64,000 nt of DNA from Candidatus Woesearchaeota archaeon (GCA_964342415.1 CAYFFD010000002.1:125-64124); one strand, 5' to 3'; positions 9,742-20,063 are shown, counted from the stretch's first letter. Translations and numbers: made by a program. Notes: generated from the letters alone by a model not told the origin.

Positions 9742-11166
9742 TTATTTCAATTCATTTAAAATAGATTTTACTTTTGACTCAACAACTGTGAATTTCCTAT
9801 TTTTCCTTTCTATTTTATCTTTAAATATTATTTTCATTTTTAACTTATTTATTTCGCCATTCGAAGAATTATTTAATAGGTTTTTGAGTTCTTTTATTAT
9901 TTTATCTTGACTAATGTTTTTTTCTTTAACAACAAGAATATCTAAACTATAATTTTTATGCTGGAGAAAATAAATGTCTTTAATTCCTTTAATATAAACA
10001 ATAGAAAAAAACAGTAATGAAGGAGAGATAGATTTTCCGTTGGGAAACATTACAAAATCGTTTGATCTTCCTTCAACATTCATAATTCTAGGATAAGTTC
10101 TTCCACAAGAACATTTCTTTTGTGTTATTGTAACAATATCTTTTATAGAATATCTTATCAAAGGAAATAAATAATTTACCAAACTAGTCATAACCAATTC
10201 ACCCTTCCCTTCAAAACCTTTCCCCTTAACTTCAGCTATTCCTTGAGGGGAAATATGCATACCCTTATGTTCATGGCACTTATAAGCCCTTATAGTACAT
10301 TCTGATGAGGCGTATCTATTAAAAACCTTACAGCCAAAATACTTTTCAATAAATTTTTTTTGAGAATCATAAAGAACCTCACTATGAGACAAAATACTTT
10401 TTATTCTTATTTTTTTCTTTTTCTTTTTAAGATATTTGACAAAAGCAAAATGTGATGATGGAAATCCTTCTATATGTTTTATGTTAAATTTTTTAATATA
10501 TTTAAGATATCCCTCAAAAACATTGTCTCCCATAATATCTGGCTTAAATGAAACTTGTTTTGTGACAGGATAGTAATTGTTAAAAATTATATGGCTTTCT
10601 GGAAGAAGATACATTTGTTCATTGACCACAGGTATATGTAAAACCACATCTTTACCCATTTCATAGCCAATTATTTCTTTAAAGTATTTGTCTCCTGCCC
10701 AATTTGCTCCAATACTTTCTTCATCATGATAGAACTTTATTGGCTTTCCACTTGTGCCAGAACTATCTCTATACATATTATTTTTATAATTTTTATTGAT
10801 AGCAAAAATCTTAGAATAATTTTTTAGTATATCATCTTTTGTAATAATTGGTAATTTTTCTAAATCTTTTAAGCTTTTAACATCAGATGGTTTGACTTTG
10901 TGTTTATCCCACAATTCCTTGTAAAAAGGCACGTTTTTATAAGCGTGTTCTAAAATTTTTTTTAATTTTTCGTATTGAAACTCATGTATTTTTTCAATAG
11001 GCCAATTTTCCATTTTTTTTAATAACTTATACCATTTTCTGTAGTCATAACTTCCAAATGCAATTCTTCTAGTAAAATCAACAAGTTTTGGTGAAGAGCC
11101 CCATAGTTTTAATAAAGGATAAGATAAATTCTGATGAAGCCAGCTTATTTGTTTAAAATAAATCAT
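9742..11166 (-). CDS. PaaK/CapK/F390-synthetase-type adenylate-forming ligase
   Basis: SSGTSGKPIKF matches the (T/S)SGTTGKP AMP-binding loop of phenylacetate-CoA-ligase-family enzymes; 474 aa. Confidence 0.7.
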   Translation of the reverse strand: MIYFKQISWLHQNLSYPLLKLWGSSPKLVDFTRRIAFGSYDYRKWYKLLKKMENWPIEKIHEFQYEKLKKILEHAYKNVPFYKELWDKHKVKPSDVKSLKDLEKLPIITKDDILKNYSKIFAINKNYKNNMYRDSSGTSGKPIKFYHDEESIGANWAGDKYFKEIIGYEMGKDVVLHIPVVNEQMYLLPESHIIFNNYYPVTKQVSFKPDIMGDNVFEGYLKYIKKFNIKHIEGFPSSHFAFVKYLKKKKKKIRIKSILSHSEVLYDSQKKFIEKYFGCKVFNRYASSECTIRAYKCHEHKGMHISPQGIAEVKGKGFEGKGELVMTSLVNYLFPLIRYSIKDIVTITQKKCSCGRTYPRIMNVEGRSNDFVMFPNGKSISPSLLFFSIVYIKGIKDIYFLQHKNYSLDILVVKEKNISQDKIIKELKNLLNNSSNGEINKLKMKIIFKDKIERKNRKFTVVESKVKSILNELK

Positions 11167-11207
11167 TTTTTTAAATTTCGAATTGTATATGTAGATATAA
11201 AAACTCT

Positions 11208-13019
11208 TTATAATTGTTTATTTTTAAAAATTGACTCAAGGTAGCTTTCTAATATCAACAAAGATAATAATTTCCCAGGATTTTTATCATCCAATACTAT
11301 TTTATCGACAAAGTCACTATTTAATATTTCTTTAATCAGTGCATTTTTTCGAAGTATTTTTTTTTGAAAATAGTTTGCATACTTACTTTTAAAAAACAAT
11401 TTGTAATAGGGCAATGAGGTTCGTTGTTTTGGTTCTTCAATCACAAAATTAGGTACTCCTATTTCTTTAGCTACTTTTCTTAAGAGTATTTTTTTTTGTT
11501 GATTATTAATAATAAATTTAGAGGGTAATTTATAGACATATTCAACAGAGTCTGAATGTAAATATGGCAATCTGACTTCAAGAGGATATGACATAGTCAT
11601 TCCATCTGCTTTTTCTAACATCTGCGGGCAAATGACCAGTCCCGGACCTAGCATATAGCGGAGTTTATTCATCAAAATATCTTCTGGTTTTCCATTTCCT
11701 TTAAATTCTTTGTCAAGATTTGACTGCAATTTCTTAAAAGGATTATCAAATTTATTTTTAAGTAATAATTTTAATTCTTTATAATTACATAACCCCATTA
11801 TTTCCGAATATTTTTCAACTAATTTGTGTTCTGAATTCAAATATAATGCTGGATTATTTGTTTTATATCCACAAAACAATTCATCTGCACCTTCTCCAGC
11901 AAAAACAGTTCTTTTTCCTAATTTTTTAGCTTCATCAGCAGCGAAAAACCATAATGGAAAAGAAGTAGACATAGTTGGGCCTCCTGGAAGATGAAGAACA
12001 AGATTATTGAAATTTTCTATAAATTTTTCTGTAGTGAATTCTTTTTTATTTAAATTTATTTTTAATGACCTTACTATTTTTTCAACTTTTTTAAATTCAT
12101 TTCCTGATTTTTCCGTATTGAAAAAATTAAAGTATTGTTTCTTTGTGTTAATTAATCCAGAACTGATACAGCAAACATTTTTTTTATAATTATAAAGAGC
12201 AAGACTTATGAGTGTTGAATCAATTCCTCCACTTAAAAATACACCTACATTTACTTCTTGTGGATACATTTCTTTAATTATTCTAGAGATGATATTTGTA
12301 TATTCTAATATCGCTGTTTTTTCACTGATATTGTAATCCACATAAAATTCTGGAATCCAATATTTTTTCACTTTAAATTTCTTTCCTGTTATTGATAAAT
12401 ATGAACCTGGTTGTAATCTTTTTATTCCTTCAATTATATGATTCAAGGAAAAACCCAAAGAAAAAAATTCAGCAAGACTGTTTGTGTTAATTTTTTTGTC
12501 AGTCAAATTAACTAAAGGCAAACTTTCTGAGGAGAAATATAGTTGGGAATTCTTTTTAAAATAAAAAAGAGGTTTTTCTCCAAATTTATCTCGAGCCAAC
12601 AATAATTTTTCTTTACCTGTTTCTCTTTGATCAAAAATAGCTATCGCAAACATTCCTTTAAATTTTGCAAAACAACTTTCTCCATATTCTTTATACGAAT
12701 GCATTACTACTTCAGTGTCTGATTTTGTACTAAATATATATCCTTTATTTTGTAAAATAGAACGTAATTCTTTGTAATTATATATTTCACCATTAAAAAT
12801 TAATACAATTTTTTTGTCATCTGAATAAAATGGATTCGATTTATTAGTTCTGTCTACAATTGAAAAAATATTTGAATATAATGCACATGTAGGATTAACA
12901 AATTTGTCACTATGGTCTGGACCTCTGTACTTTAATTGATTTTGTATTTGTTCAGCATTAAAAATAGCTTCTTTAGAAAGATTCTTTTTTAATGAATAAA
13001 CTCCATTTATGCTACACAT
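11208..13019 (-). CDS. asnB: asparagine synthase (glutamine-hydrolysing) family amidotransferase
   Basis: MCSINGV N-terminus (Cys2 Ntn nucleophile) and FLSGGIDSTLI PP-loop; 603 aa. Confidence 0.85.
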   Translation of the reverse strand: MCSINGVYSLKKNLSKEAIFNAEQIQNQLKYRGPDHSDKFVNPTCALYSNIFSIVDRTNKSNPFYSDDKKIVLIFNGEIYNYKELRSILQNKGYIFSTKSDTEVVMHSYKEYGESCFAKFKGMFAIAIFDQRETGKEKLLLARDKFGEKPLFYFKKNSQLYFSSESLPLVNLTDKKINTNSLAEFFSLGFSLNHIIEGIKRLQPGSYLSITGKKFKVKKYWIPEFYVDYNISEKTAILEYTNIISRIIKEMYPQEVNVGVFLSGGIDSTLISLALYNYKKNVCCISSGLINTKKQYFNFFNTEKSGNEFKKVEKIVRSLKINLNKKEFTTEKFIENFNNLVLHLPGGPTMSTSFPLWFFAADEAKKLGKRTVFAGEGADELFCGYKTNNPALYLNSEHKLVEKYSEIMGLCNYKELKLLLKNKFDNPFKKLQSNLDKEFKGNGKPEDILMNKLRYMLGPGLVICPQMLEKADGMTMSYPLEVRLPYLHSDSVEYVYKLPSKFIINNQQKKILLRKVAKEIGVPNFVIEEPKQRTSLPYYKLFFKSKYANYFQKKILRKNALIKEILNSDFVDKIVLDDKNPGKLLSLLILESYLESIFKNKQL

Positions 13020-13022
13020 TTT

Positions 13023-14171
13023 TTATTTAGAGAATCTTTTTTTTATTACTTTACGCCAAGATTTAAATTTACTCATTAAATAAACATACTTATAATCAAA
13101 CTCCAAATCTTTCCTTCCACATGACTTTGCAAACTTAATCACATTTCTCGCAAAATGAAGATGTTCTTTATCAGTTTTTAAACTCCGAACATGTTTTCTA
13201 TCTATTGGCAGAGGAAATGTAGAATATTTTTTTAATGCCCCAATCATTTCTAAAGTATACATTTCATAACTACATTTTCTACATCTAGAACAGTTTTTCA
13301 AACCATCAAATTTTTCGTAACAAACACGCAATCGATCATACGTTTCAGGCCATTTTGCAAGAATTTTAGTTTTATCAAGTTTTGAAGCCTCACTACCATC
13401 GTTAATAGATTCAAAATTTTCTGTAGACAATAAATGAACTGTGGGAAAATGTATTCCTCCTGGTGGAAGATAATCATAAGCATCATGTTCCGGAAAATAA
13501 AAATAGGAAATTTTTTCCTCGAAAATTAAAGCTATTCCTATAAGGGCCGTGCAGTGTGTTAAAGTCCAATCTATTGGTAGTCTATCATGAAAGGGTTTCA
13601 AATTTGTAGCTATTGGAATCATCCCTATCTTTAATTTATCCATCAATTTTTTGTAAGAATCTGATGTAATTTTATATGTTCTTTTATCTTCAAGAGGAAT
13701 GTCAAACCCATGAATAAATAGTGTGTGAGTTATTTGAAAATCTTTGTTAGGTTCATTTTTTGGAAGATGTTTCCAGAGAGTGTAAAAAGAATCCACTCCC
13801 CCAGAAAAAGCAGACATTACTCCTTTTCCTTTACTTGATTTATAATTAATATATCGGTCACATTTTATTTCTATGAATTTGAATTGGTCTGGAAACCAAA
13901 AATTAAAAACACGCTGATATTCTTTAAGATTATATGCTAAACGGGAAGACATTTTTCCTTTAACTTGAATATTTTCTCCAAGAAACATGGCAGGAAGCAG
14001 CAAGGAAACAAGAAATCCATTGGAACTATTTGAAATATATTTTTTGTATTTTTTTGGAGATTTGAACCATAAAGTTTCTGGGAGATTTAGATTTGGGGTT
14101 TCCCATTCTATTTTAGCAGAAACACAAACCTCATTCTTTGTTGTAGTTATTTTAGGAATATTTATTATCAT
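13023..14171 (-). CDS. uncharacterised PP-loop (SGGxDS)-like ATP pyrophosphatase-fold protein
   Basis: SAFSGGVDSFYT resembles the SGGxDS PP-loop. There is a C-terminal Cys cluster, CSRCRKCSYE. No family recognised. Confidence 0.45.
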   Translation of the reverse strand: MIINIPKITTTKNEVCVSAKIEWETPNLNLPETLWFKSPKKYKKYISNSSNGFLVSLLLPAMFLGENIQVKGKMSSRLAYNLKEYQRVFNFWFPDQFKFIEIKCDRYINYKSSKGKGVMSAFSGGVDSFYTLWKHLPKNEPNKDFQITHTLFIHGFDIPLEDKRTYKITSDSYKKLMDKLKIGMIPIATNLKPFHDRLPIDWTLTHCTALIGIALIFEEKISYFYFPEHDAYDYLPPGGIHFPTVHLLSTENFESINDGSEASKLDKTKILAKWPETYDRLRVCYEKFDGLKNCSRCRKCSYEMYTLEMIGALKKYSTFPLPIDRKHVRSLKTDKEHLHFARNVIKFAKSCGRKDLEFDYKYVYLMSKFKSWRKVIKKRFSK

Positions 14172-15340
14172 TTTAAATTATCTAAGTGATAAACATATTG
14201 TTTAGTAATTTCTTTCCAATCATATTTCTTTTCAGCTAATTCTCTAGCATTATTTCTTATTCGATTGTACAATTCTTTATTATTCATTAAAGTATTAATA
14301 GATTTAGCAAATTTTGTTGCAGAGTCTGCTATTAAAATATCCTTTCCATTAGTATATTCGATTCCTTCCGCGCCTTTTCCGGTAGATACAACAGGAGAGC
14401 CTGCTGCAAAGGAAGTTAATATTTTTAGCCTAGTTCCTCCTCCATCTAAAAGAGGGCAAATGAAGATTGAATTTTTAAAAAAAGGCCTTATATCTTTTAT
14501 CAACCCACAAAACTTTACATTTTCTAATCTTCCTTCTTTTTCAAACATTTTTTCATCATAATCCCCTATTATATTTATCTGTATATTCTTATCCAGTAAA
14601 GGATAAATTTTACTAAAAAAATACTTCAACCCTTTATAATTTGGTTCATAATAAATATACCCTACAAATAGCAAAGATAAAATATTTTTTTTAGAAAAAG
14701 AAACTTTTTTAAAATAATTGGTATCAACCCCATTTGGAACAACTAAAATTTTATTATGACCTAATTTTTTTAATCTTTCCTTGTCAATTTCGGAACAGCA
14801 AATCACGAGATCATAATGTTTAATCATGTTTTTTTCTTCCTTTCTCATTTTAATTTTTTCCCAGAAAGAATTTTTCATATGGCTATGAACATTGTGAAAA
14901 ACTAGTATTTTTTTCGCCTTTGTTTTAATATCTTCCAAAACAGGCCCCACATAAAATTGTTCAATTTGAATATAATCAAAATGTCTTTTTGCCAAAAGCT
15001 TTTCTATTTCTTTTTTAAACTTAAGATGAAAGTAATAATGCCTGCTAGTTATTTCTGATTTTAGGGGAAGGTTTCCAAATCTCTTCAAGTATTTTGTTTT
15101 AGAATAATGCTTTTTGTATTGGTTTTTTGTCATTTCAGAAAAAATTTTGCTTAAATCTTCAGGGATAATGACTTCACAAAATCTCCTTAATTCACCAAGA
15201 TCTTTAACCTTATCTTCCTTTGATGGTGTGACGAGTAAAGTTACTTTATAATGCTTCGATAACTCTTTTATTACATAATATGCCCTAACTTCTCTGTGTT
15301 GTGTGGGCACCATAGTACTCGTTATCAAAATAGATTTCAT
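14168..15340 (-). CDS. glycosyltransferase, GT-B fold (GT4-like)
   Basis: The C-terminal half (LLDGGGTRLKILTSFAAGSPVVST) is typical of GT1/GT4 donor-binding domains. 4-nt overlap with the downstream gene. Confidence 0.8.
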   Translation of the reverse strand: MKSILITSTMVPTQHREVRAYYVIKELSKHYKVTLLVTPSKEDKVKDLGELRRFCEVIIPEDLSKIFSEMTKNQYKKHYSKTKYLKRFGNLPLKSEITSRHYYFHLKFKKEIEKLLAKRHFDYIQIEQFYVGPVLEDIKTKAKKILVFHNVHSHMKNSFWEKIKMRKEEKNMIKHYDLVICCSEIDKERLKKLGHNKILVVPNGVDTNYFKKVSFSKKNILSLLFVGYIYYEPNYKGLKYFFSKIYPLLDKNIQINIIGDYDEKMFEKEGRLENVKFCGLIKDIRPFFKNSIFICPLLDGGGTRLKILTSFAAGSPVVSTGKGAEGIEYTNGKDILIADSATKFAKSINTLMNNKELYNRIRNNARELAEKKYDWKEITKQYVYHLDNLK

Positions 15341-15347
15341 TTTATAA

Positions 15348-16685
15348 TTAAAATTTAGCCCTTGATTTAATTGGAATTTTCAATAGTAAGATGTAAAGAA
15401 CCCAAGGAATTTTAATTAAATTTAATATTCTTAAATTTCCATTTATATAAACTTTCTTTAATTTGGTAAATCCATATAACATTTCTTCGTTTAAATTCAT
15501 TTTTTTTGTATCGGATAATAAAAAAACAAAGAAACTTAATAAAACATAGTAGTAAGATTTTAAAGTCATGTTCTTAGTGTGTATATAAACACAATTAAGA
15601 GACCCACCTATTTCAGCATATTTTCTACATTCTCCAGGTTCATGAAAATGCTTAACTATTGCCTTGTTATTATATCTTATAGTAAATCCTGAGTTTTTTA
15701 ATTGTTCAATAAAATCAATTTCATCATAATATATACTCTTATTAAAATAAATATTTGTATCAAATCTAAATTTGTTAAAAATTTCTCTCTTGAAGGACAT
15801 ATTGCAACCAAAAATTTCTTTATTTGGATTAAACAATTTGCTTGAATTTCTTATGTAAGATTTTCCTCCAACACATGCAACTTTCTTATTTTTTTCAAAA
15901 GTTTTTACTAATTCCTTTACCCAATTTTTATCCACATAACAATCATCATCAGTAAAGGCAACAATTTCTCCTTTTGCATAATTAATTCCTAAATTTCTTA
16001 CATAACATAATCCTTTATTTTTTTTATTTCTAATTATTCTTAGATTTTTAAATTTTCCTTTGAAAGATTTTGCTAGTTCTAAAGTATTATCTTTTGAAGC
16101 ATCGTCAACTATTATTACTTCAAAATTTTTGTAATTGAGTTTTTTCAAAGATTCTAAAGCATATTTTTTGAGAGTTTTTGCCCTATCTCTTGTACAAACT
16201 ATCACAGATACAAATGGTTCGTTTTTCATGTTAGAGATTTTGGTTTTTTGGTAGTTGTGCTCTTGTAAAAATTTTGGAATTACTTCTTTTAAATAGAAAT
16301 TTAAATATTTTTTCTTAAATTCTTTAGCACTCCATTCTGATTTTAATTTTTCTATATCTTTTGAATTCCAAACATAAGTATAGGTTAGAACTTCTTTTCC
16401 ATCAAAATTAACTTTTAACTCTTTTCTATAATAGCATTCCTTAGGCTCAAATAAATCTATTATTTTTAGACTTTCTTCATCAACATTAAAAAGAATTTTT
16501 CCTTTAACTTGGTTTCCTTCAAAAGTTGTAATTGCAGGATATGTCCTAGGCTTTTTACCATCAAAGATTTTAAATCTTTTGAAGTTTTTGAGGATCGCAT
16601 TTTTAGTTTTAAAGTTTCTATTTGTTAAAGCAAAAACCACTTCTGGAAAAATCAAACTTCCATATACAAAGATATTTTTTTTCAT
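15348..16685 (-). CDS. fusion protein: AIG2/gamma-glutamyl(amine) cyclotransferase-like domain + GT2 glycosyltransferase
   Basis: The N-terminal ~110 aa (VYGSLIFPEVV ... ECYYRKE ... YTYVW) looks AIG2/GGCT-like. The GT-A GT2 motifs VSVIVCTRDRA, IIVDDASKDNT and FTDDDC follow. The C-terminus is hydrophobic. Confidence 0.7.
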   Translation of the reverse strand: MKKNIFVYGSLIFPEVVFALTNRNFKTKNAILKNFKRFKIFDGKKPRTYPAITTFEGNQVKGKILFNVDEESLKIIDLFEPKECYYRKELKVNFDGKEVLTYTYVWNSKDIEKLKSEWSAKEFKKKYLNFYLKEVIPKFLQEHNYQKTKISNMKNEPFVSVIVCTRDRAKTLKKYALESLKKLNYKNFEVIIVDDASKDNTLELAKSFKGKFKNLRIIRNKKNKGLCYVRNLGINYAKGEIVAFTDDDCYVDKNWVKELVKTFEKNKKVACVGGKSYIRNSSKLFNPNKEIFGCNMSFKREIFNKFRFDTNIYFNKSIYYDEIDFIEQLKNSGFTIRYNNKAIVKHFHEPGECRKYAEIGGSLNCVYIHTKNMTLKSYYYVLLSFFVFLLSDTKKMNLNEEMLYGFTKLKKVYINGNLRILNLIKIPWVLYILLLKIPIKSRAKF

Positions 16686-17677
16686 TTTTTATTTGTATCT
16701 TTTACTATTTCTAAAAAAGCTTTTTTAAACTTCTTCAACGAATCTTTTTTATTAGGTATGAGATGGATATTTTTTTTCAATAACTTTTTTGCTTTGTTTT
16801 CATTTTCTAAAATATATTTTATTTTGTCGTTTATTTCGTAAAAGTTTTCAGAATTGTTTACAATAAATATTTTGTCAAACAGGTAATTTGTCCCTATATT
16901 CTTTGATATTATAGGGAAGCAACCACAAATGGCGGATTCCATAGTTGTTGTAGGGTGCGGATCGTGATCAGGCAAATGAATAAGAAACTTGCACATGGAA
17001 TAATATTTTTCAACATCTTTTCTTTTTCCAAGATAAACTATTTTCTTGTGGATTCTAGCCATTTTTTTTACATAGTTTCTTTGTGCCCCTTCACCAATTA
17101 CAATAAATTTTTCAAAATGTGGACATTGAAGCCCAAATTGAATTATTCTTTTTATATTTTTATCAGGATCCAAACGTCCAACATACAATCCATAGTTTTT
17201 CCTCATAACATTCGTAAGGTATACTGCTTTTGAGAATGGAGGACATATTTTTATGGGCACATTCAAAAAAGAAGGAATGTATTTCTTATTTTCTTCTGAA
17301 ACAGTAATAATCCCATCTATCGCTTGTAAGAGAGTATTCCATTTTTTCCAAGATGTTCTATTATGTTTATGCAAACTATACAAAAATAAATCTGCATCAA
17401 GATATATAATTTTTATATTTTTATATTTTTTCTTAAGTGCTAGGGCGGTAGGAATGGGCAAACCCCCATCAACCAAAAGAATATCTGATTTGGTGCGTGT
17501 ATAAAAACTAAGCATAAAAGAAAGAATCGCAAATAGGCCACCTCCCAAAACAGAATGATTCTTTGCGACAGAAGCAAGCCCTTTAAATGGAATTATTTTT
17601 ATCTTTGCATTAATTACTCGCGCGAAACCAAGGTGTGCTTCGTGTGGAGATTGTGATAAAAATAATATAGAGTTCAT
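16682..17677 (-). CDS. glycosyltransferase, GT-B fold (GT1/GT4-like)
   Basis: GRLDPDKNIKRII and TTTMESAICGCFPIIS resemble the C-terminal half of GT4 enzymes. 4-nt overlaps on both sides. Confidence 0.6.
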   Translation of the reverse strand: MNSILFLSQSPHEAHLGFARVINAKIKIIPFKGLASVAKNHSVLGGGLFAILSFMLSFYTRTKSDILLVDGGLPIPTALALKKKYKNIKIIYLDADLFLYSLHKHNRTSWKKWNTLLQAIDGIITVSEENKKYIPSFLNVPIKICPPFSKAVYLTNVMRKNYGLYVGRLDPDKNIKRIIQFGLQCPHFEKFIVIGEGAQRNYVKKMARIHKKIVYLGKRKDVEKYYSMCKFLIHLPDHDPHPTTTMESAICGCFPIISKNIGTNYLFDKIFIVNNSENFYEINDKIKYILENENKAKKLLKKNIHLIPNKKDSLKKFKKAFLEIVKDTNKK

Positions 17678-18966
17678 AATCTGATTTTTTCTTTAATTTT
17701 TTTTACAAAAACTTTTGTGTCAAACTTTCTTGCCTGCTTTATACATGCATCTTTGTATTTTAGTGGATTCTTGCCAAGCTTTTTGACAGCTTCAATAATC
17801 TTTTTCGGACTGATGTTATCTATCAATATTCCAGTATTTCCATTAATGACTGTCTCTTTGTAACCTCCTTCGTTAGGGGCTATGACTGGCTTGCCTGAAG
17901 CCATTGCTTCAACAGGAGTCATACCAAAATCCTCATCCTCAGCTGTAGTAATAAATCCAGCACAGTTGGCATATAATACGCGTAATTTTTCCTCGCTTAC
18001 AACGCCTTTGTAGATAACGTTTCTAGGTAATTTCTTTAGTATTTTTTCTGAGTACTTTTTATGATGTTCCTCACATTCCCCTACTATGACTAATGTTTCG
18101 TTAGGCAATCTCCGAAATGCCTCTATTTGCATTTCCACTCTCTTTGCAGGGATCATTCGATTGACAGATAGCCAAAAATTACCATTTTTTCTGTGCGCAA
18201 AATAATCACAGTCAACTGGAGGATAAATAACTAAAGATTCTCTACCATAATGTTTTTGCACTTTTTTCTGTATGTTATGACTGTTTACCACAATTGAATC
18301 AATGGCGCGAGTCGCGGCAAAGTCAGATTTTTTAGACGGACTGTATTTCTTATAGGTAGTGTAGGTACTAAACATTTGCCATATATTCCCCCTAAGTCCC
18401 ACTTTCATTTCTCTATATCTTGCCGCAATAAATCGTGGTAAGAAATCAAATATGTAGTCAATTTTTTTAGAAATAAATGGGGGAAGTAATCGTTTTTTTG
18501 TCAATTTGTTCTTTGCCGTTAGCACGAGATTGTAAATAGTTTTTTGGTAAAAAGAGGGGATGCGCTGCCACTTAGGCGGTGTATGGCAATACCATATATT
18601 AGGTGTGTGCTTTTTCGCTGCATAAATAGAAAAATTTCCTGAAAAAATGAAAAAATCATATTGTGAAGAAAGATCACATTCTAAGAATCTTTTTTTCCAC
18701 ATAACAGAAAGCATAAATGGAAAAAGCACTTTTTCACCAAGAGGAATGACTTTTACATTACCAAAACCAAGTTTTTTCAAAACTTTTTGATCGACTTCTG
18801 CAGCTATCACATCACAACCGATGCTATTTGCCAATATAAGTGCAAGCTTTTCGGAACCGCCAATTGTCCTAAAGCGATCGTGAAAAACCGCAATTCTACG
18901 CGTTGTTACATTTGATTGTTTTTTCATAATAGATTTCAGTTTGTGTAGCGAGCTCATCAAAATCAA
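17674..18966 (-). CDS. glycosyltransferase family 4
   Basis: EDFGMTPVEAMASGKPVIA is an E-x7-E motif. The start is probably the internal MKKQSN (nt 18927), because the longer ORF overlaps the upstream gene by 71 nt. Confidence 0.8.
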   Translation of the reverse strand: MILMSSLHKLKSIMKKQSNVTTRRIAVFHDRFRTIGGSEKLALILANSIGCDVIAAEVDQKVLKKLGFGNVKVIPLGEKVLFPFMLSVMWKKRFLECDLSSQYDFFIFSGNFSIYAAKKHTPNIWYCHTPPKWQRIPSFYQKTIYNLVLTAKNKLTKKRLLPPFISKKIDYIFDFLPRFIAARYREMKVGLRGNIWQMFSTYTTYKKYSPSKKSDFAATRAIDSIVVNSHNIQKKVQKHYGRESLVIYPPVDCDYFAHRKNGNFWLSVNRMIPAKRVEMQIEAFRRLPNETLVIVGECEEHHKKYSEKILKKLPRNVIYKGVVSEEKLRVLYANCAGFITTAEDEDFGMTPVEAMASGKPVIAPNEGGYKETVINGNTGILIDNISPKKIIEAVKKLGKNPLKYKDACIKQARKFDTKVFVKKIKEKIRL

Positions 18967-20053
18967 ACTTGCTGGCTATTCGTTTGCCTTTTTCACCCAT
19001 CTTTTTCAGCAACTGATTATTAAGTAAAAGTTTTCTGACTGCCATCGCAAGTCCTTTTGGTGTTGCTTCTGCCGTTAAACCATTCCCATTTACAAAATTG
19101 GTGGCTCTGTTCCATTTACTTCCAGCCACAACGATTGGAATTCCACATGCGCATGCTTCTAGAGTTGTAAGCGGAAATCCTTCGAATACAGAGGGAAGTA
19201 CAAATATCTTAGAGGATTTAAGATATCGAAAAACCTTCTTCCTGTCTTTGATCTCTCCAACAAAATAAATGTTTTTTCTTATGCCAAAAATCTTGGTTAG
19301 GTGCAAAAGTTTCGGCATTTTGTACCCTTCACCTATAATACATACTTTAATTTTAGGAAAATCTTTGAGTAATAAATGCACCGCACGAATAAGCAATTCA
19401 GGATTTTTTTGATAGACAAGCCGGCCGACAAATATGACATCAAACTTCTTTGTTTTGAATGGCGTTGCCTCACTAATCATACTCTTGTCAATTCCATTAT
19501 AAATGACCTCTATGTGTTCTTTACATATACCTTCTTTCACAAGATCTCGTCGGACAATTTCTGATGATGCAATATTAGATAGGGAAAATTTTAAAGTTTG
19601 CTTTTCAAAAGCAGCAGCAATAGTGCCAATTATATTACCGTGCATCTCGCTTAAATATTCTTTGCCAAAATGTTGTTGCCAAGTGAATACAAGAGGAGTT
19701 CTTTTAAGATAAGATATTAATTTTGCAGCATAGCAGTTAAGAAAAACAAAATGAGCCACATCAATAACATCAAATTTTTTATTTAATAACCAAAAAAAGA
19801 TATTTATGGAAAAGAATATTTGATTGAAAAAAATATTCCATGTGCCAATGAATGGAAGATCTCTATACTTTGCTATGCCATGGATCCTCATTCCATTTAG
19901 TGTAATTGAATCATTTCCACCCCATCTCTTAAACCCGCAAATATGAACATCGTGGCCTTTTTTGGCAAGCCGTTTGTATATTTCATAATTTTGTATTTCT
20001 GAACCGCCAACAGTATATGGGAATATGGGGTCTGTAATAAATGCAATTTTCAT
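18896..20053 (-). CDS. glycosyltransferase family 4
   Basis: GRLVYQKNPELLIRA and FEGFPLTTLEACACGIPIVV (E-x7-E). Confidence 0.85.
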   Translation of the reverse strand: MKIAFITDPIFPYTVGGSEIQNYEIYKRLAKKGHDVHICGFKRWGGNDSITLNGMRIHGIAKYRDLPFIGTWNIFFNQIFFSINIFFWLLNKKFDVIDVAHFVFLNCYAAKLISYLKRTPLVFTWQQHFGKEYLSEMHGNIIGTIAAAFEKQTLKFSLSNIASSEIVRRDLVKEGICKEHIEVIYNGIDKSMISEATPFKTKKFDVIFVGRLVYQKNPELLIRAVHLLLKDFPKIKVCIIGEGYKMPKLLHLTKIFGIRKNIYFVGEIKDRKKVFRYLKSSKIFVLPSVFEGFPLTTLEACACGIPIVVAGSKWNRATNFVNGNGLTAEATPKGLAMAVRKLLLNNQLLKKMGEKGKRIASKFDFDELATQTEIYYEKTIKCNNA

Positions 20054-20063
20054 TTTAAAAATT

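Noticed and set aside
8000-14171. Possible lasso-peptide or other RiPP cluster, given the Cys-less AsnB homologue and an ABC transporter nearby.
   Set aside because: No transglutaminase-like protease or RRE gene was found. The gaps flanking the AsnB/ligase genes are only 41-64 nt, leaving no room for a precursor peptide. The context is dominated by glycosyltransferases.
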